Source: Candidatus Eiseniibacteriota bacterium
Lineage (GTDB): Bacteria; Eisenbacteria; RBG-16-71-46; SZUA-252
Length of the DNA stretch: 64,000 nt
Direction of reading: 5' to 3'
Assembly: GCA_003235575.1 (NCBI GenBank)
Contig: QJVW01000115.1
Coordinates: 12,290 to 76,289, forward strand
The notes under the pieces were generated by a model. It saw only the letters and a list, made by a program, of their open reading frames with translations, had not been told where the DNA came from and made no database searches. The position numbers were made by a program, and so were the translations under genes. Position 1 is the stretch's first letter. Every line of letters begins with the position of its first letter. Below, piece after piece: positions 8,973 to 19,608 of the stretch.

Positions 8973-11564
8973 CTATCGGCCCGCTCCGGATGCTTCTGGA
9001 GTCGGAAACGGTGGCCGATCTTGTTGCGGCACAATCAGTTCAACAAGCGTCGCCACCACGGCCTCATCGAACTGCGTCCCGCTGTGGCACCGCAGTTCCG
9101 CCACCGCCTCCTCGTGGCTGATCGGCTGGCGGTACGGCCGCCCCAGCGTCATCGATTCGTAGGCGTCGACGACGGCGATGATCCGTGCGCCCAAGGGAAT
9201 CTGATCGCCGCGCAATCCGCGCGGATAGCCGCGGCCGTCGATACGCTCGTGGTGCGCCAGAATGATTTCGGTCACGTTGGAGTGGAACTCGATCGGTTTC
9301 AGCAATTCGACGCCGCGGGCCGGATGTTCCGCCACGTGCGCCCAGGTATCGGGATCCAGCTCGCCCGGCTCGTGGAGGATGCCCGGCGATACGTGCGCCA
9401 TGCCGACGTCGTGGATTCGGGCCGCGTACGCCAGCACCGAGAGGTCCTGTTCGTTCATGCCCATCTTCCGGCCGATCGCCGTCGCGCGCTCCGCCATCGA
9501 GCCGCCCGTCAGGCGCAGGCGGCTTCGGCGGGTGTGGTCGATGATGGCCGCCAGCGCGTGGGAGGCCTGCTCCGCCCGGTCGGCGGACGCCTCGTGCGCC
9601 GAGGCATGTTCCCAGGCGCGCGCGACCCGATCCGCCAGCGACGTCAGGAGCGCCTCGTCGTCCTGCGTGAACGGGGTGCAGGAGATCTTGTTGTTGATGT
9701 TGATGACGCCCACGACCCGCTCATCCACCTTCACCGGGACGGACAGGAGCGACTTCGTTTCGTACTGGTTGTGGTTTCGTCGTCCGAACCGCTCGTCGTC
9801 TTCGATGTTGGTGATCAGGAGCGGCTGGCCGTGCTTGGCCACCCATCCCGCGATCGAATCGCCGACACGGATCCGCGTGCCGCAAACCACCTCTTCGCGC
9901 AGTCCGCGCGCGGCCTTGATGTAGAGCTCCTCCCGCTCGTCGTCGAGGAGCATGAACGACGCGATCTGGGCGTCCATCACTTCGGCGACCATCTCGACCG
10001 TGAGACGGGTCAGGTGATCGGACACCGAACGCGTCGGGGACCATGTCGCGTGGGTGATCACGTTGGCGTCGCTGGGCGTGGCCGGCAGGGAGACGTGGAA
10101 GCGGGAGCCGTGCCCCGGCTCGCTTTCCGCCGTGATCTCGCCCCCGTGCCACTCGACGATGCTCTTCGCGATCGAAAGCCCGAGCCCGACACCGGGGTAC
10201 TCGCGCGACAGCGAGCCGTCCACCTGGTAGAAGCGGTCGAACACCTTGGCCAGCTCACTCTGCGGAATGCCGATGCCGGTGTCCTCGACCGTCAGGCGCA
10301 CGGTGCTTCCCTCGCCCGCCACGCGGAACGTCGCCGTCCCGCCGCGCGGGGTGAACGTCACCGCGTTCGTTCCCAGGTTCTGCAGCAGCCGGCGAATCAG
10401 ATTCCGGTCCGCCTCGACGATCACCTCCGAGACGTCGATCGCCGCGACGAGCTGGATTCCCTTCGATTCCGCCTGGGGCTTGAGGATCGCGATCTCCTCC
10501 TCGACCAGATCGACCAGGTTCAAGGGCTCGCGGCTCATGCGGAAGCGTCCCGACTCGAGCCGCGTCAGTTCGAGGATCGCCTCGATGAGGCGGGTCAATT
10601 TCCGGGTCTGCTCGTCGATCACGCCCAGGAAGTCGCGCTGCATCGCGGTGTTCTTCGAACCAACGTGCTGTTGCAGCGCCTCGACGTACGCGTGAATGTG
10701 CGTCAGCGGGGTCTTCAACTCGTGCGAGACGGTGGAGACGAACTTGGACTTCATTTCGTTCAGCTCCTCCGCGCGCTCCGTCGCCTCCTCCAGCTGGCCC
10801 ATGCTCTCCTGCAGCCGCTGGACGAGGGCCGCGTTTTCGAGGGCGACCACCGCGTGGGTCGCCAGGATCTCGATCATCTCGACGACCTCGCGCGTGGGAA
10901 GCTTTCGGTCGGCGGGGTCGTCCACCGAGAGATACCCGATCACGGCGCCGTCCTTGCCCGACAGCGGCACGATCAGCACATCCTCTTGGTGCCACTCGCC
11001 GTCGCGCCGGACGCCGAGGTCGGGCGTCCAGCTGTGCGGGTCGTTCTCCCCCCAGAACTTGTGCTCGTGTGGGATGAAGTAGGAGCGGCCGATGCGGAAT
11101 TCCTCGCGCAGCCACGATTCGAACTCGGACGCCGGGACGTCGTAGTTCTCGAGCGCCGTGATCGCGTCGCGCTCCAGCCCCGCGAAGGCCCGCGCCTCGT
11201 AGGTTCCACTTCGAACGTTCAGCACGCGAAGCAGGACGATGCGGTAGCCGACCGCGGAGGTCACGGCGTGCACGATTTCGTGCAGCACCCGATCCAGGCC
11301 CAGGTTCGAGCTGATGGATGTTGCGATTTCCAACACCTTCTGGAGCCTGGTCGCGCGCTGCCGGCTGGTGAGGAGTTGGTCGCGGTAGAGACGCCCCATC
11401 TCCTCGGCGGCCAGCGACAGCTGCTCGTTGCGCTGCATCGCGGCGTCCAGCGAGCCGCGCAGGCGCCGCGCTTCGCGCATGGCGGTCCGACGGCGGCGGA
11501 CGGCCTCGAAGAGAAGGAGCGCCGCGGCCGCGAGCGCCCAGGAGAGCGCGTGGCCGGTCGTCAT
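8973..11564 (-). CDS. Hybrid sensor: TM-GAF-HisKA-HATPase_c-GAF-HD-GYP (histidine kinase fused to a c-di-GMP phosphodiesterase-type domain), paralog 1
   Basis: N-terminal TM segment; H-box VSTVSHELKTPLTHI; N-box RRLLQNLGTNAVTFT; G1 VEDTGIGIP; G2 GVGLGLSIAKSIVEWHGGEI; two GAF-like regions; C-terminal HD-GYP (RIHDVGM ... ILAHHERIDGRGYPRGLRGDQIPLGARIIAVVDAYESM). Confidence 0.9.
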   Translation of the reverse strand: MTTGHALSWALAAAALLLFEAVRRRRTAMREARRLRGSLDAAMQRNEQLSLAAEEMGRLYRDQLLTSRQRATRLQKVLEIATSISSNLGLDRVLHEIVHAVTSAVGYRIVLLRVLNVRSGTYEARAFAGLERDAITALENYDVPASEFESWLREEFRIGRSYFIPHEHKFWGENDPHSWTPDLGVRRDGEWHQEDVLIVPLSGKDGAVIGYLSVDDPADRKLPTREVVEMIEILATHAVVALENAALVQRLQESMGQLEEATERAEELNEMKSKFVSTVSHELKTPLTHIHAYVEALQQHVGSKNTAMQRDFLGVIDEQTRKLTRLIEAILELTRLESGRFRMSREPLNLVDLVEEEIAILKPQAESKGIQLVAAIDVSEVIVEADRNLIRRLLQNLGTNAVTFTPRGGTATFRVAGEGSTVRLTVEDTGIGIPQSELAKVFDRFYQVDGSLSREYPGVGLGLSIAKSIVEWHGGEITAESEPGHGSRFHVSLPATPSDANVITHATWSPTRSVSDHLTRLTVEMVAEVMDAQIASFMLLDDEREELYIKAARGLREEVVCGTRIRVGDSIAGWVAKHGQPLLITNIEDDERFGRRNHNQYETKSLLSVPVKVDERVVGVININNKISCTPFTQDDEALLTSLADRVARAWEHASAHEASADRAEQASHALAAIIDHTRRSRLRLTGGSMAERATAIGRKMGMNEQDLSVLAYAARIHDVGMAHVSPGILHEPGELDPDTWAHVAEHPARGVELLKPIEFHSNVTEIILAHHERIDGRGYPRGLRGDQIPLGARIIAVVDAYESMTLGRPYRQPISHEEAVAELRCHSGTQFDEAVVATLVELIVPQQDRPPFPTPEASGAGR

Positions 11565-13948
11565 GGCGTCACGCCCTCCGTGCGCCCGGTCGGGCGCGCG
11601 GCGCCGGTCGACGGCGGGCGCGCGTCCCCGGCCTCGTCCAGCGCGGCCGCCAGCGCTTCGACGACGTTCGGATCGAACTGCGTCCCGGAGGCGCGGCGGA
11701 GTTCCGCCAGCGCTTCGGCGTCGGAGACGGGATCGCGGTACGGACGTCCCGCGGTCAGCGCCTCGAAGGCATCGACGGCGGCGAGGATGCGCGCCGCCAG
11801 GGGGATTTCCTCCCCGCGCAAGCCGCGTGGATATCCCTCGCCGTCCATCCGCTCGTGATGGGCCAAGATGATCTCGTGCACCTTGGGCGCCGACTCCAAC
11901 GGACGCAGCAGCCGGATGCTCGATTGGGGATGGCTTTCCACGTCACGGCGCTCCCGCTCGCTCCACACCTGGCTGCTGCACCAGGGCGCATTCTCCAAGG
12001 TGAGCATGCCCACGTCGTGCACGCGCGCGATGTAGCCGAGGATGGCGATCTCGTCCTCGGGCAGGGACAGGCGGCGCGCCACGTCGGTGGCCAGCTTGAA
12101 CGAGCGGCGCGTGTTGGGAATCAGCCGCTGACGGCGCGCCCGGATCACCGCCCGGAGGCTGGAGAGGGTCGCGGCGATGTCCGCCTCGGTCGGCTGATGG
12201 TGCAGACGCTCCAGCGCGGCCGAGACGCGCGCCACGATCGCGACCAGCAGCCGGAGGTCGTCCTCGTCGAACGGCAGCCCGTCGGACTTGTTGTTCACGT
12301 TGACGACGCCGACCGTCTCCCCGGCGATGAGGATCGGCGCGGCCAGCAGCGATTTCGTCTCGTACTGCGGGTGGCTCATCTTCCGGAATCGCCGGCTGCT
12401 CTCGATGTCCCGGACCAACAGCGGTTCACCGTGGTGCGCCACCCAGCCCGCGATGGAATCCCCGACGCGCACCTGCGTCCGGGCCACGGTGTCGGGGTCG
12501 AGGCCGTGCGCCGCTTGGACCCGAAGGCTCGTGCCGGTCTCGTCGAGGAACATGAAGGACACAATTCCCGCGTCCATGACCTCGGCGACCATGGTGACGC
12601 ACTGCTGCAGCACGTTCCGGCGCTCCGGCTGAACGAAGAGCGGCTCCAGCGAGCGAATGAGCCTGAGGAAGCCGTGCTGATGGAGCGGCAGTTCGAAGAC
12701 GAACCGCGTTCCTCGGCCGACCTCGCTCTCGACGTGGATCGCGCCTCCATGCAGCTCGACCACGCTCTTCACGATCGCGAGTCCTAGCCCGGTCCCCTCG
12801 GTCCGCGCCCCACCGCCGTCCTCCACGCGGTAGAAGCGCTCGAAGACGTGGGGCAGCTTTTCGGTCGGAATGCCGTGGCCCTGGTCCTCCACCTCGAAGC
12901 GCGCCTGGTCGCCATGCATGGCGACACGCACGAAGATCTCGCGATCCTCCGGCGAGAACTTCGCGGCGTTATGGAGCAGGTTCACGAACACCTGCTTCAG
13001 GAGATCGAAGTCCGCTTCTACCGGCGGCAGGTCGTCCGAGACGGTCACGCGCAGCTGGAGCCGCTTCTGTTGCAGCGTGGGCTCCACCGTGAGGCGCGCG
13101 TCCTCGACGACCGCGGGGATCCCGAGGGGCTCGACGCGAAGACGGCGCCGGCCGGAGTCCATCCGGCTCAAGTCGAGCACATCGTTCACCATGCGGGTGA
13201 GACGGTCCGCCTCTTCATTGATGACGGAGAGGAACTTCTCCTGCATGTCGAAGGACGGCCGACCCAGGTTGTCGAGCAGCGATTCCGTGTAGGCCTTGAT
13301 CGCGGTGAGCGGCGTCCGCATCTCGTGCGAGACGACGGAGATGAGATCCGACTTCGTCTGGTCCATGCGCCGGAGCGCGAGTCGCGCCTCGTCCAGGCTG
13401 CGCGCGGACGCGTGGAGTTCCTCGCGCACGCGAAGGCGATCGACCGCCATGCCGATTTGATCGGCCAGGAACAGTAGGGTGCGGCGGCGGCGGCTGGTCA
13501 CCGGGCGGGCGCGCCGATACCCGACCACCGTCAGGCCCAGGAGGGTCGTGCCGATCCGGAGGGGCATTCCGACCAGCGTCGCGGGGGCGTCCCCGCTCCA
13601 TCCGATCTCGTCGGGTCCCGCCCGCGACGCGTCGGACGCTTCGTGCGCGAGAAACGTCTCGTGGCGAAGCACCTGCCCCAGAAATCCGTCCTGATCGGGC
13701 ACCAGGAGCACGCGGCGCCCGCCCGCGCGATCGCGTTCGTACGCGTAGCCCTCCAGATCGCCCGACTCGTCGTTCAGCAGGAGCAGCGCGAACTGGTCGG
13801 CGCCGGCGATGTCGAGGACGTGCTCCGCCAGGGCGTGAAAGACGGTGTCGGGATCCGTGGCGGCCTGAAGCGCGAAGGAGAGGCTGCCCAGCCGATCAAG
13901 AACGCGGAACGGCGTCGCGGTGCCGCGCGGCGCGTCAGACCCATTCAT
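11561..13948 (-). CDS. Hybrid sensor: GAF-HisKA-HATPase_c-GAF-HD-GYP, paralog 2 (tandem duplicate of the previous gene)
   Basis: H-box VVSHEMRTPLTAI; G1 VEDQGHGIP; G2 GTGLGLAIVKSVVELHGGAI; second GAF; HD-GYP (RVHDVGM ... ILAHHERMDGEGYPRGLRGEEIPLAARILAAVDAFEALT). Its stop overlaps the downstream paralog's start by 4 nt. Confidence 0.9.
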   Translation of the reverse strand: MNGSDAPRGTATPFRVLDRLGSLSFALQAATDPDTVFHALAEHVLDIAGADQFALLLLNDESGDLEGYAYERDRAGGRRVLLVPDQDGFLGQVLRHETFLAHEASDASRAGPDEIGWSGDAPATLVGMPLRIGTTLLGLTVVGYRRARPVTSRRRRTLLFLADQIGMAVDRLRVREELHASARSLDEARLALRRMDQTKSDLISVVSHEMRTPLTAIKAYTESLLDNLGRPSFDMQEKFLSVINEEADRLTRMVNDVLDLSRMDSGRRRLRVEPLGIPAVVEDARLTVEPTLQQKRLQLRVTVSDDLPPVEADFDLLKQVFVNLLHNAAKFSPEDREIFVRVAMHGDQARFEVEDQGHGIPTEKLPHVFERFYRVEDGGGARTEGTGLGLAIVKSVVELHGGAIHVESEVGRGTRFVFELPLHQHGFLRLIRSLEPLFVQPERRNVLQQCVTMVAEVMDAGIVSFMFLDETGTSLRVQAAHGLDPDTVARTQVRVGDSIAGWVAHHGEPLLVRDIESSRRFRKMSHPQYETKSLLAAPILIAGETVGVVNVNNKSDGLPFDEDDLRLLVAIVARVSAALERLHHQPTEADIAATLSSLRAVIRARRQRLIPNTRRSFKLATDVARRLSLPEDEIAILGYIARVHDVGMLTLENAPWCSSQVWSERERRDVESHPQSSIRLLRPLESAPKVHEIILAHHERMDGEGYPRGLRGEEIPLAARILAAVDAFEALTAGRPYRDPVSDAEALAELRRASGTQFDPNVVEALAAALDEAGDARPPSTGAARPTGRTEGVTP

Positions 13949-14955
13949 GCGCGTGGCTCCGTGCGATGCGATTCCCTTGCCGGACCGACAAGCGTCCCGT
14001 CCGACCGGCGATCCGGCACGATGCAGCTGCCGTGGATGGCTTTTCCCAGCTTCTTGAGTTCCCTGACGATGTCGTTGACCTGCGCGCTGTGCTGGATGTC
14101 GCGGCCGACGTTCGTCACGACGGGGATCGTCACCGAGAGAAGACCGAAGTTCTTCACCCCACCCTGACGGTTCGAGAGCACCGTGATGAACCCGCGCTCG
14201 GCGTCTTCCGGGTCGTACTGACTCGCAATGTTGCTGTCGAACTCGCGCTTCACGCAGTCGGCCACCAGGCCCGCCCGATCCGGGACGGTCATGATCACGA
14301 AATCGTCGCCGCCGATGTGGCCGACGAAGTCCCCTCCTCCACCGACCTTCTCCACGGCTCGGCCCAGGAGCTCCGCCGTGAATTGGATCAGCGCATCGCC
14401 CCGTGCGTATCCGTAGTAGTCATTGAACGCCTTGAAATTGTCGAGATCGATATGGAGAAAGGCGAACTTCTCACCCGCTCCGATGCGCCGCGTCAGTTCG
14501 TTTTCGATGAGCACGTTTCCGGGAAGGCCGGTCAGCGCGTTCGACGAGAGCAGCGCGCGGCGGCTCCGGAGCTGGTTGCGAACGCGAAACAGGACCTCCT
14601 CGTTCGCGAACGGTTTGGTCACGTAGTCGTCCCCGAACGCGTTCAGTCCCTCGAGGCGCTCCTCCAGCGATGATCTGGCCGTGAGGAAGATCACGGGAAT
14701 GCGGCTGGTCAGGGGGTTCGCCTTCAGGCGGCGGCAGACTTCGTACCCATCCATGCGCGGCATCGCCACGTCGAGCAGGATGAGATCGGGGGGATCGCGT
14801 CGAACCTCCTCCAGCGCGCTCAGTCCGTCGGCGGCGGTGCGAACGTCGTAGTTCGCGTCCGCCGCTCCGCGCAGTGCCTGCTCCAAGAGGAGGCGAATGT
14901 GCAACTCGTCCTCCACCACCAGAATGCGCCCGCGATCAGCCGGCTGCTCGCTCAC
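13945..14955 (-). CDS. Response regulator REC-GGDEF (diguanylate-cyclase-type domain with the variant motif GGDDF), with a likely GTG start at about 14955
   Basis: REC: RILVVEDELHIRLL...DLILLDVAMPRMDGYEVCRRLK...DDYVTKPF. GGDEF domain: FLHIDLDNFKAFNDYYGYARGD...GHIGGDDFVIM. The track ORF extends to 15201 through an Arg-rich implausible N-terminus. No RxxD I-site precedes GGDDF. Confidence 0.8.
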   Translation of the reverse strand: MSEQPADRGRILVVEDELHIRLLLEQALRGAADANYDVRTAADGLSALEEVRRDPPDLILLDVAMPRMDGYEVCRRLKANPLTSRIPVIFLTARSSLEERLEGLNAFGDDYVTKPFANEEVLFRVRNQLRSRRALLSSNALTGLPGNVLIENELTRRIGAGEKFAFLHIDLDNFKAFNDYYGYARGDALIQFTAELLGRAVEKVGGGGDFVGHIGGDDFVIMTVPDRAGLVADCVKREFDSNIASQYDPEDAERGFITVLSNRQGGVKNFGLLSVTIPVVTNVGRDIQHSAQVNDIVRELKKLGKAIHGSCIVPDRRSDGTLVGPARESHRTEPRA

Positions 14956-15119
14956 GATTTCCCCCGGGGAGATAGTGGAAGTTGCGTTCTCTCCAGGAAT
15001 TAATCGTCCGATCCGGCACCTTCTTGAGTGAAACGAGTGGGGATCGAACCGCGTCGGGACGGGGGGCGCCCGACGGTAACCGATTGCCTTGTAGTGGGTT
15101 GCCGACCTACGACGGCGGG

Positions 15120-16133
15120 CTAGGCGTGGGGAAAGGCGTCGAGGTTCGGAACGACCGACGCCGTCACGGGCGTGACGATGCCGCGACGCCGCGCGTGCCA
15201 CCCGGCGAAGGCGATCATCGCGCCGTTGTCACGGCAAAGGGCCGGCGAGGGAAATACGGCGGGGATGCCGCGTTCGCCCGCGAGCCGGCCGGCCTCGCGG
15301 CGAAGCAAGGTGTTGCAGGCGCAGCCGCCGGCGATGGCGATCGCCTTCGAGGGGTGTCGGTCGAGCGCGAGCGCCAGGCGCTCGATCAGCGCGTTCACCA
15401 CCGCGCGCTCCGTGGCGGCAGCCACATCGCGAATTCGCCCCTCGGACATCGGGCTCTTCTCCCGTTCCACCGCGAGTTTCACGGCGGTCTTGAGCCCGCT
15501 GAAGCTGACGTCCAGGTTGTCGTTGCCGAGCCGCGCCACCGGAAACGCGAACGCGTCGGGGTTTCCCTCGCGCGCGAGCCGGTCGACGTGCGGACCGCCG
15601 GGATACGGCAGGCCGAGCAGCTTCCCGACCTTGTCGAACGCCTCGCCGGCGGCGTCGTCGCGCGTCGATCCCAGGCGCCGGACGGATGCCGCATCCGTGA
15701 CGTGGTAGATCTCGGTATGTCCGCCCGATGCGACCATCCCCAGATATGGAAACGGCAGGTCCTGCTCGATGCCGGGCGAAAGAAGATGCGCCTCGACGTG
15801 GTTCACGCCGACGAAGGGTATGCCGCGCGCTTGGGCGAAGCCCTTCGCGAATTCGAGCCCGACGAGGAGCGAACCGACCAACCCCGGCCCGATCGTCGCG
15901 GCCACGGCGTCGATCGCGGCGATGGGGCGATCCGCCTTCGCGAAGACCTCGGCGATCACGCGAGGAAGGAGCGTCAGATGGGCGCGCGAAGCGAACTCGG
16001 GCACGACGCCGCCGTATTCGAGGTGGATGTCCTGCGAGGCGACGACGTGCGCGAGCAGCCGGCCATCTTCCACGATGCCGGCGGCGGTGTCGTCACAGGA
16101 GGTTTCGATCCCGAGGATGAGCATGGGTATCAA
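15120..16133 (-). CDS. tsaD: tRNA N6-adenosine threonylcarbamoyltransferase TsaD (Kae1/Gcp family)
   Basis: MIPMLILGIETSCDDTAAGIV...HVEAHLL...GGCACNTLLR; metal-binding HxxH and ASKH-fold motifs. TTG start. Confidence 0.9.
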   Translation of the reverse strand: MIPMLILGIETSCDDTAAGIVEDGRLLAHVVASQDIHLEYGGVVPEFASRAHLTLLPRVIAEVFAKADRPIAAIDAVAATIGPGLVGSLLVGLEFAKGFAQARGIPFVGVNHVEAHLLSPGIEQDLPFPYLGMVASGGHTEIYHVTDAASVRRLGSTRDDAAGEAFDKVGKLLGLPYPGGPHVDRLAREGNPDAFAFPVARLGNDNLDVSFSGLKTAVKLAVEREKSPMSEGRIRDVAAATERAVVNALIERLALALDRHPSKAIAIAGGCACNTLLRREAGRLAGERGIPAVFPSPALCRDNGAMIAFAGWHARRRGIVTPVTASVVPNLDAFPHA

Positions 16134-16166
16134 TGGTAGCGCAGGCGATTCGCCAGGTGGGGCGGT

Positions 16167-16730
16167 ATGCTGATGGGACCGATGGCTTCCCGAATGTTCC
16201 CGTTCCTTCCGCCGCTCGCCGCGGCCCTCCTGGCTCTCGGCTCTGCCACGGCGGCATACGCGACGCCGATGCCGCTTCGCTTCGACGGCACCGAGCGTGC
16301 CCGCATCGCGGCGCCCGACGTCGACCGCCGGTCGGTCACGGGCACGCTATCCGGTGCTGCCGGCGACACGGTGCTCCTTCTCGCCGGGCCCCGCGAGCTC
16401 CGAATCCCGGTCCGTCAGGTGGTGCGGTTCGAGCGAAGCCGCGGGATGCGCACGACGCGTAGCCGGGGTGTGGTGACGGGCCTCGTGGTCGGCGCCCTCG
16501 CGGGCATGGCCCTGAGTGCAGGGAAAGCGTCTCGTCCGACGTGGAGTCGTCTCGGTCCCGCCGTGATCTTGCTGGGCGGGGCCGCAGGCGGCGGCATCGT
16601 GGGGGCGCTGGTGGGAGGCGCCCTGACAACGGAGCGCGAAGCGGAGTCATGGGAACGAATACCCTTGGACCGACTCCGAGCCGATTTGGCGTCGCACGCA
16701 GCCGCGGAGGTGATCGATTCCGAGCAGTAG
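16167..16730 (+). CDS. Hypothetical exported/membrane protein (signal peptide plus Gly/Ala-rich hydrophobic C-terminal segments)
   Basis: Signal peptide MASRMFPFLPPLAAALLALGSATAAYA, then VVGALAGMALSAG and LLGGAAGGGIVGALVGGAL. Its amino-acid composition is not antisense-like, and it lies in the divergent tsaD/atpC intergenic region. No recognisable family. Confidence 0.45.
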   Translation: MLMGPMASRMFPFLPPLAAALLALGSATAAYATPMPLRFDGTERARIAAPDVDRRSVTGTLSGAAGDTVLLLAGPRELRIPVRQVVRFERSRGMRTTRSRGVVTGLVVGALAGMALSAGKASRPTWSRLGPAVILLGGAAGGGIVGALVGGALTTEREAESWERIPLDRLRADLASHAAAEVIDSEQ

Positions 16731-16851
16731 AGCGGGGCGCCCGAGGCGCGCGGGATCCAGCGCCATTCGCGCCGTCCGGGAGCGGGGAGCCATCCCCGTC
16801 GGCGCCTGACTCACGAAGCCGGAGGGGATGGCTCCCCGCTTCCGGACCCCG

Positions 16852-17280
16852 CTACGCTCGTTCGCTGATCGCCGCGGCCAGTCGGTTCTTCGCGCGTTCC
16901 AGCGCCCGCATCGCGCGCTCGCGGTCGATGGGTTCGTCGCCGCCGGCGCCGTCGTTCTGCAGCCGCTGCTGGGCCCGTTGGAGCGCCGACTTCGCGCGTT
17001 CCACGTCGATCGCGCCCGCGACCTCGGCCGCATCGGCCAGCACCGTCGCCCGATTTCCCGATACCTCCAGAAAGCCGCCGCTCACGGCGTAGAACGAACG
17101 CTTCCCCTCTTCGTCGCGGACTTCGAGACGGCCGGGGCGGAGCGAGGTGATCAGCGGGGCGTGATGGGCCAGGACTCCCAGGTACCCCTCGGAGCCCGGC
17201 GCCTGCAGCGCGGTCACGGGCGCCTCGAGCAGCAGGCGCTGCGGCGTCACCAGGCGGAACGTGAAGGTCGTCTCGGCCAT
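16852..17280 (-). CDS. atpC: F1Fo ATP synthase epsilon subunit; the real start is the internal MAETTFTF
   Basis: MAETTFTFRLVTPQRLLLEAPVTALQAPGSEGYLGVLAHHAPLITSLRPGRLEVRDEEG...; the N-terminal beta-sandwich plus C-terminal helices of epsilon. Confidence 0.9.
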   Translation of the reverse strand: MAETTFTFRLVTPQRLLLEAPVTALQAPGSEGYLGVLAHHAPLITSLRPGRLEVRDEEGKRSFYAVSGGFLEVSGNRATVLADAAEVAGAIDVERAKSALQRAQQRLQNDGAGGDEPIDRERAMRALERAKNRLAAAISERA

Positions 17281-17303
17281 CGCTGCGTCGCGGGAGGCTC
17301 GGC

Positions 17304-18752
<1,449 letters not shown>

Positions 18753-19604
18753 TTACTTGAGCGCCTCGGCGCCTGCCACGATCTCGACGAGTTCGCGGGT
18801 GATCGTGGCTTGCCGGGTCCGATTCATGTGCAGGGTCAGGTTCTGGATCATTTCGTTCGCGTTCTTCGTCGCCGATCCCATCGCCACCATGCGCGCGCCG
18901 TGCTCCGACGCCGCCGATTCGGCCATCGCCATGTAGAGGCGCATGGCCAGGACGTAGGGGACGAGCCGCTCGAGGATCACCTCCGGCGACGGCTCGTACA
19001 GGTAGTCGCGGGAGACCGCCGGTCCCGTCGCCGTCCGCCCCATCGGAAGGTACGGCTCGACCACGATCGTGCGATTCAGCGCGCTCTTGAAATGCGTGTA
19101 GACGAGGTCCACTTCATCGATCTCGCCGGCCTCGAAGCGCTCCGCCAGCGTGCGGCTCATCTCCTCCGCGAATTTCCACGAGGCCACGCCGCCCATCGAC
19201 GTGTTCGAGGCGAGGATGGTGGCCTTCCGTCGGCGGAAGTAGTCGTATCCCTTCTTGCCGATCAGCACCATCGAGGTAGGCACAGACGCCTCGCGTACGA
19301 TGCCCTCGACCATCTTGTTCAGGTTCACGTTGAAGGCGCCGCAAAGGCCGCGATCCGACGTGACGTGCACGATCGCACGGCGCTTCACGTCCCGGCGCGC
19401 GAACGCCGGGTGCATGATCTCTCCCGACGCGTTGGCCAGGTTCCCCAGCACCTCGCGCAGCTGCTCGCCGTACGGGCGCGCGGACTCCACGGCGGTCTGG
19501 GCGCGGCGCAACTTCGCCGCGGAGACCATCTCCATGGTCTTCGTGATCTGGGCCGTGCTCGCTACGGAGCGGATCCGGCGCCGGATGTCGCGAAGGGTCG
19601 CCAC
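18753..19604 (-). CDS. atpG: F1 ATP synthase gamma subunit
   Basis: MATLRDIRRRIRSVASTAQITKTMEMVSAAKLRRAQ; canonical gamma N- and C-terminal helices. Confidence 0.95.
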   Translation of the reverse strand: MATLRDIRRRIRSVASTAQITKTMEMVSAAKLRRAQTAVESARPYGEQLREVLGNLANASGEIMHPAFARRDVKRRAIVHVTSDRGLCGAFNVNLNKMVEGIVREASVPTSMVLIGKKGYDYFRRRKATILASNTSMGGVASWKFAEEMSRTLAERFEAGEIDEVDLVYTHFKSALNRTIVVEPYLPMGRTATGPAVSRDYLYEPSPEVILERLVPYVLAMRLYMAMAESAASEHGARMVAMGSATKNANEMIQNLTLHMNRTRQATITRELVEIVAGAEALK

Positions 19605-19608
19605 GTCG

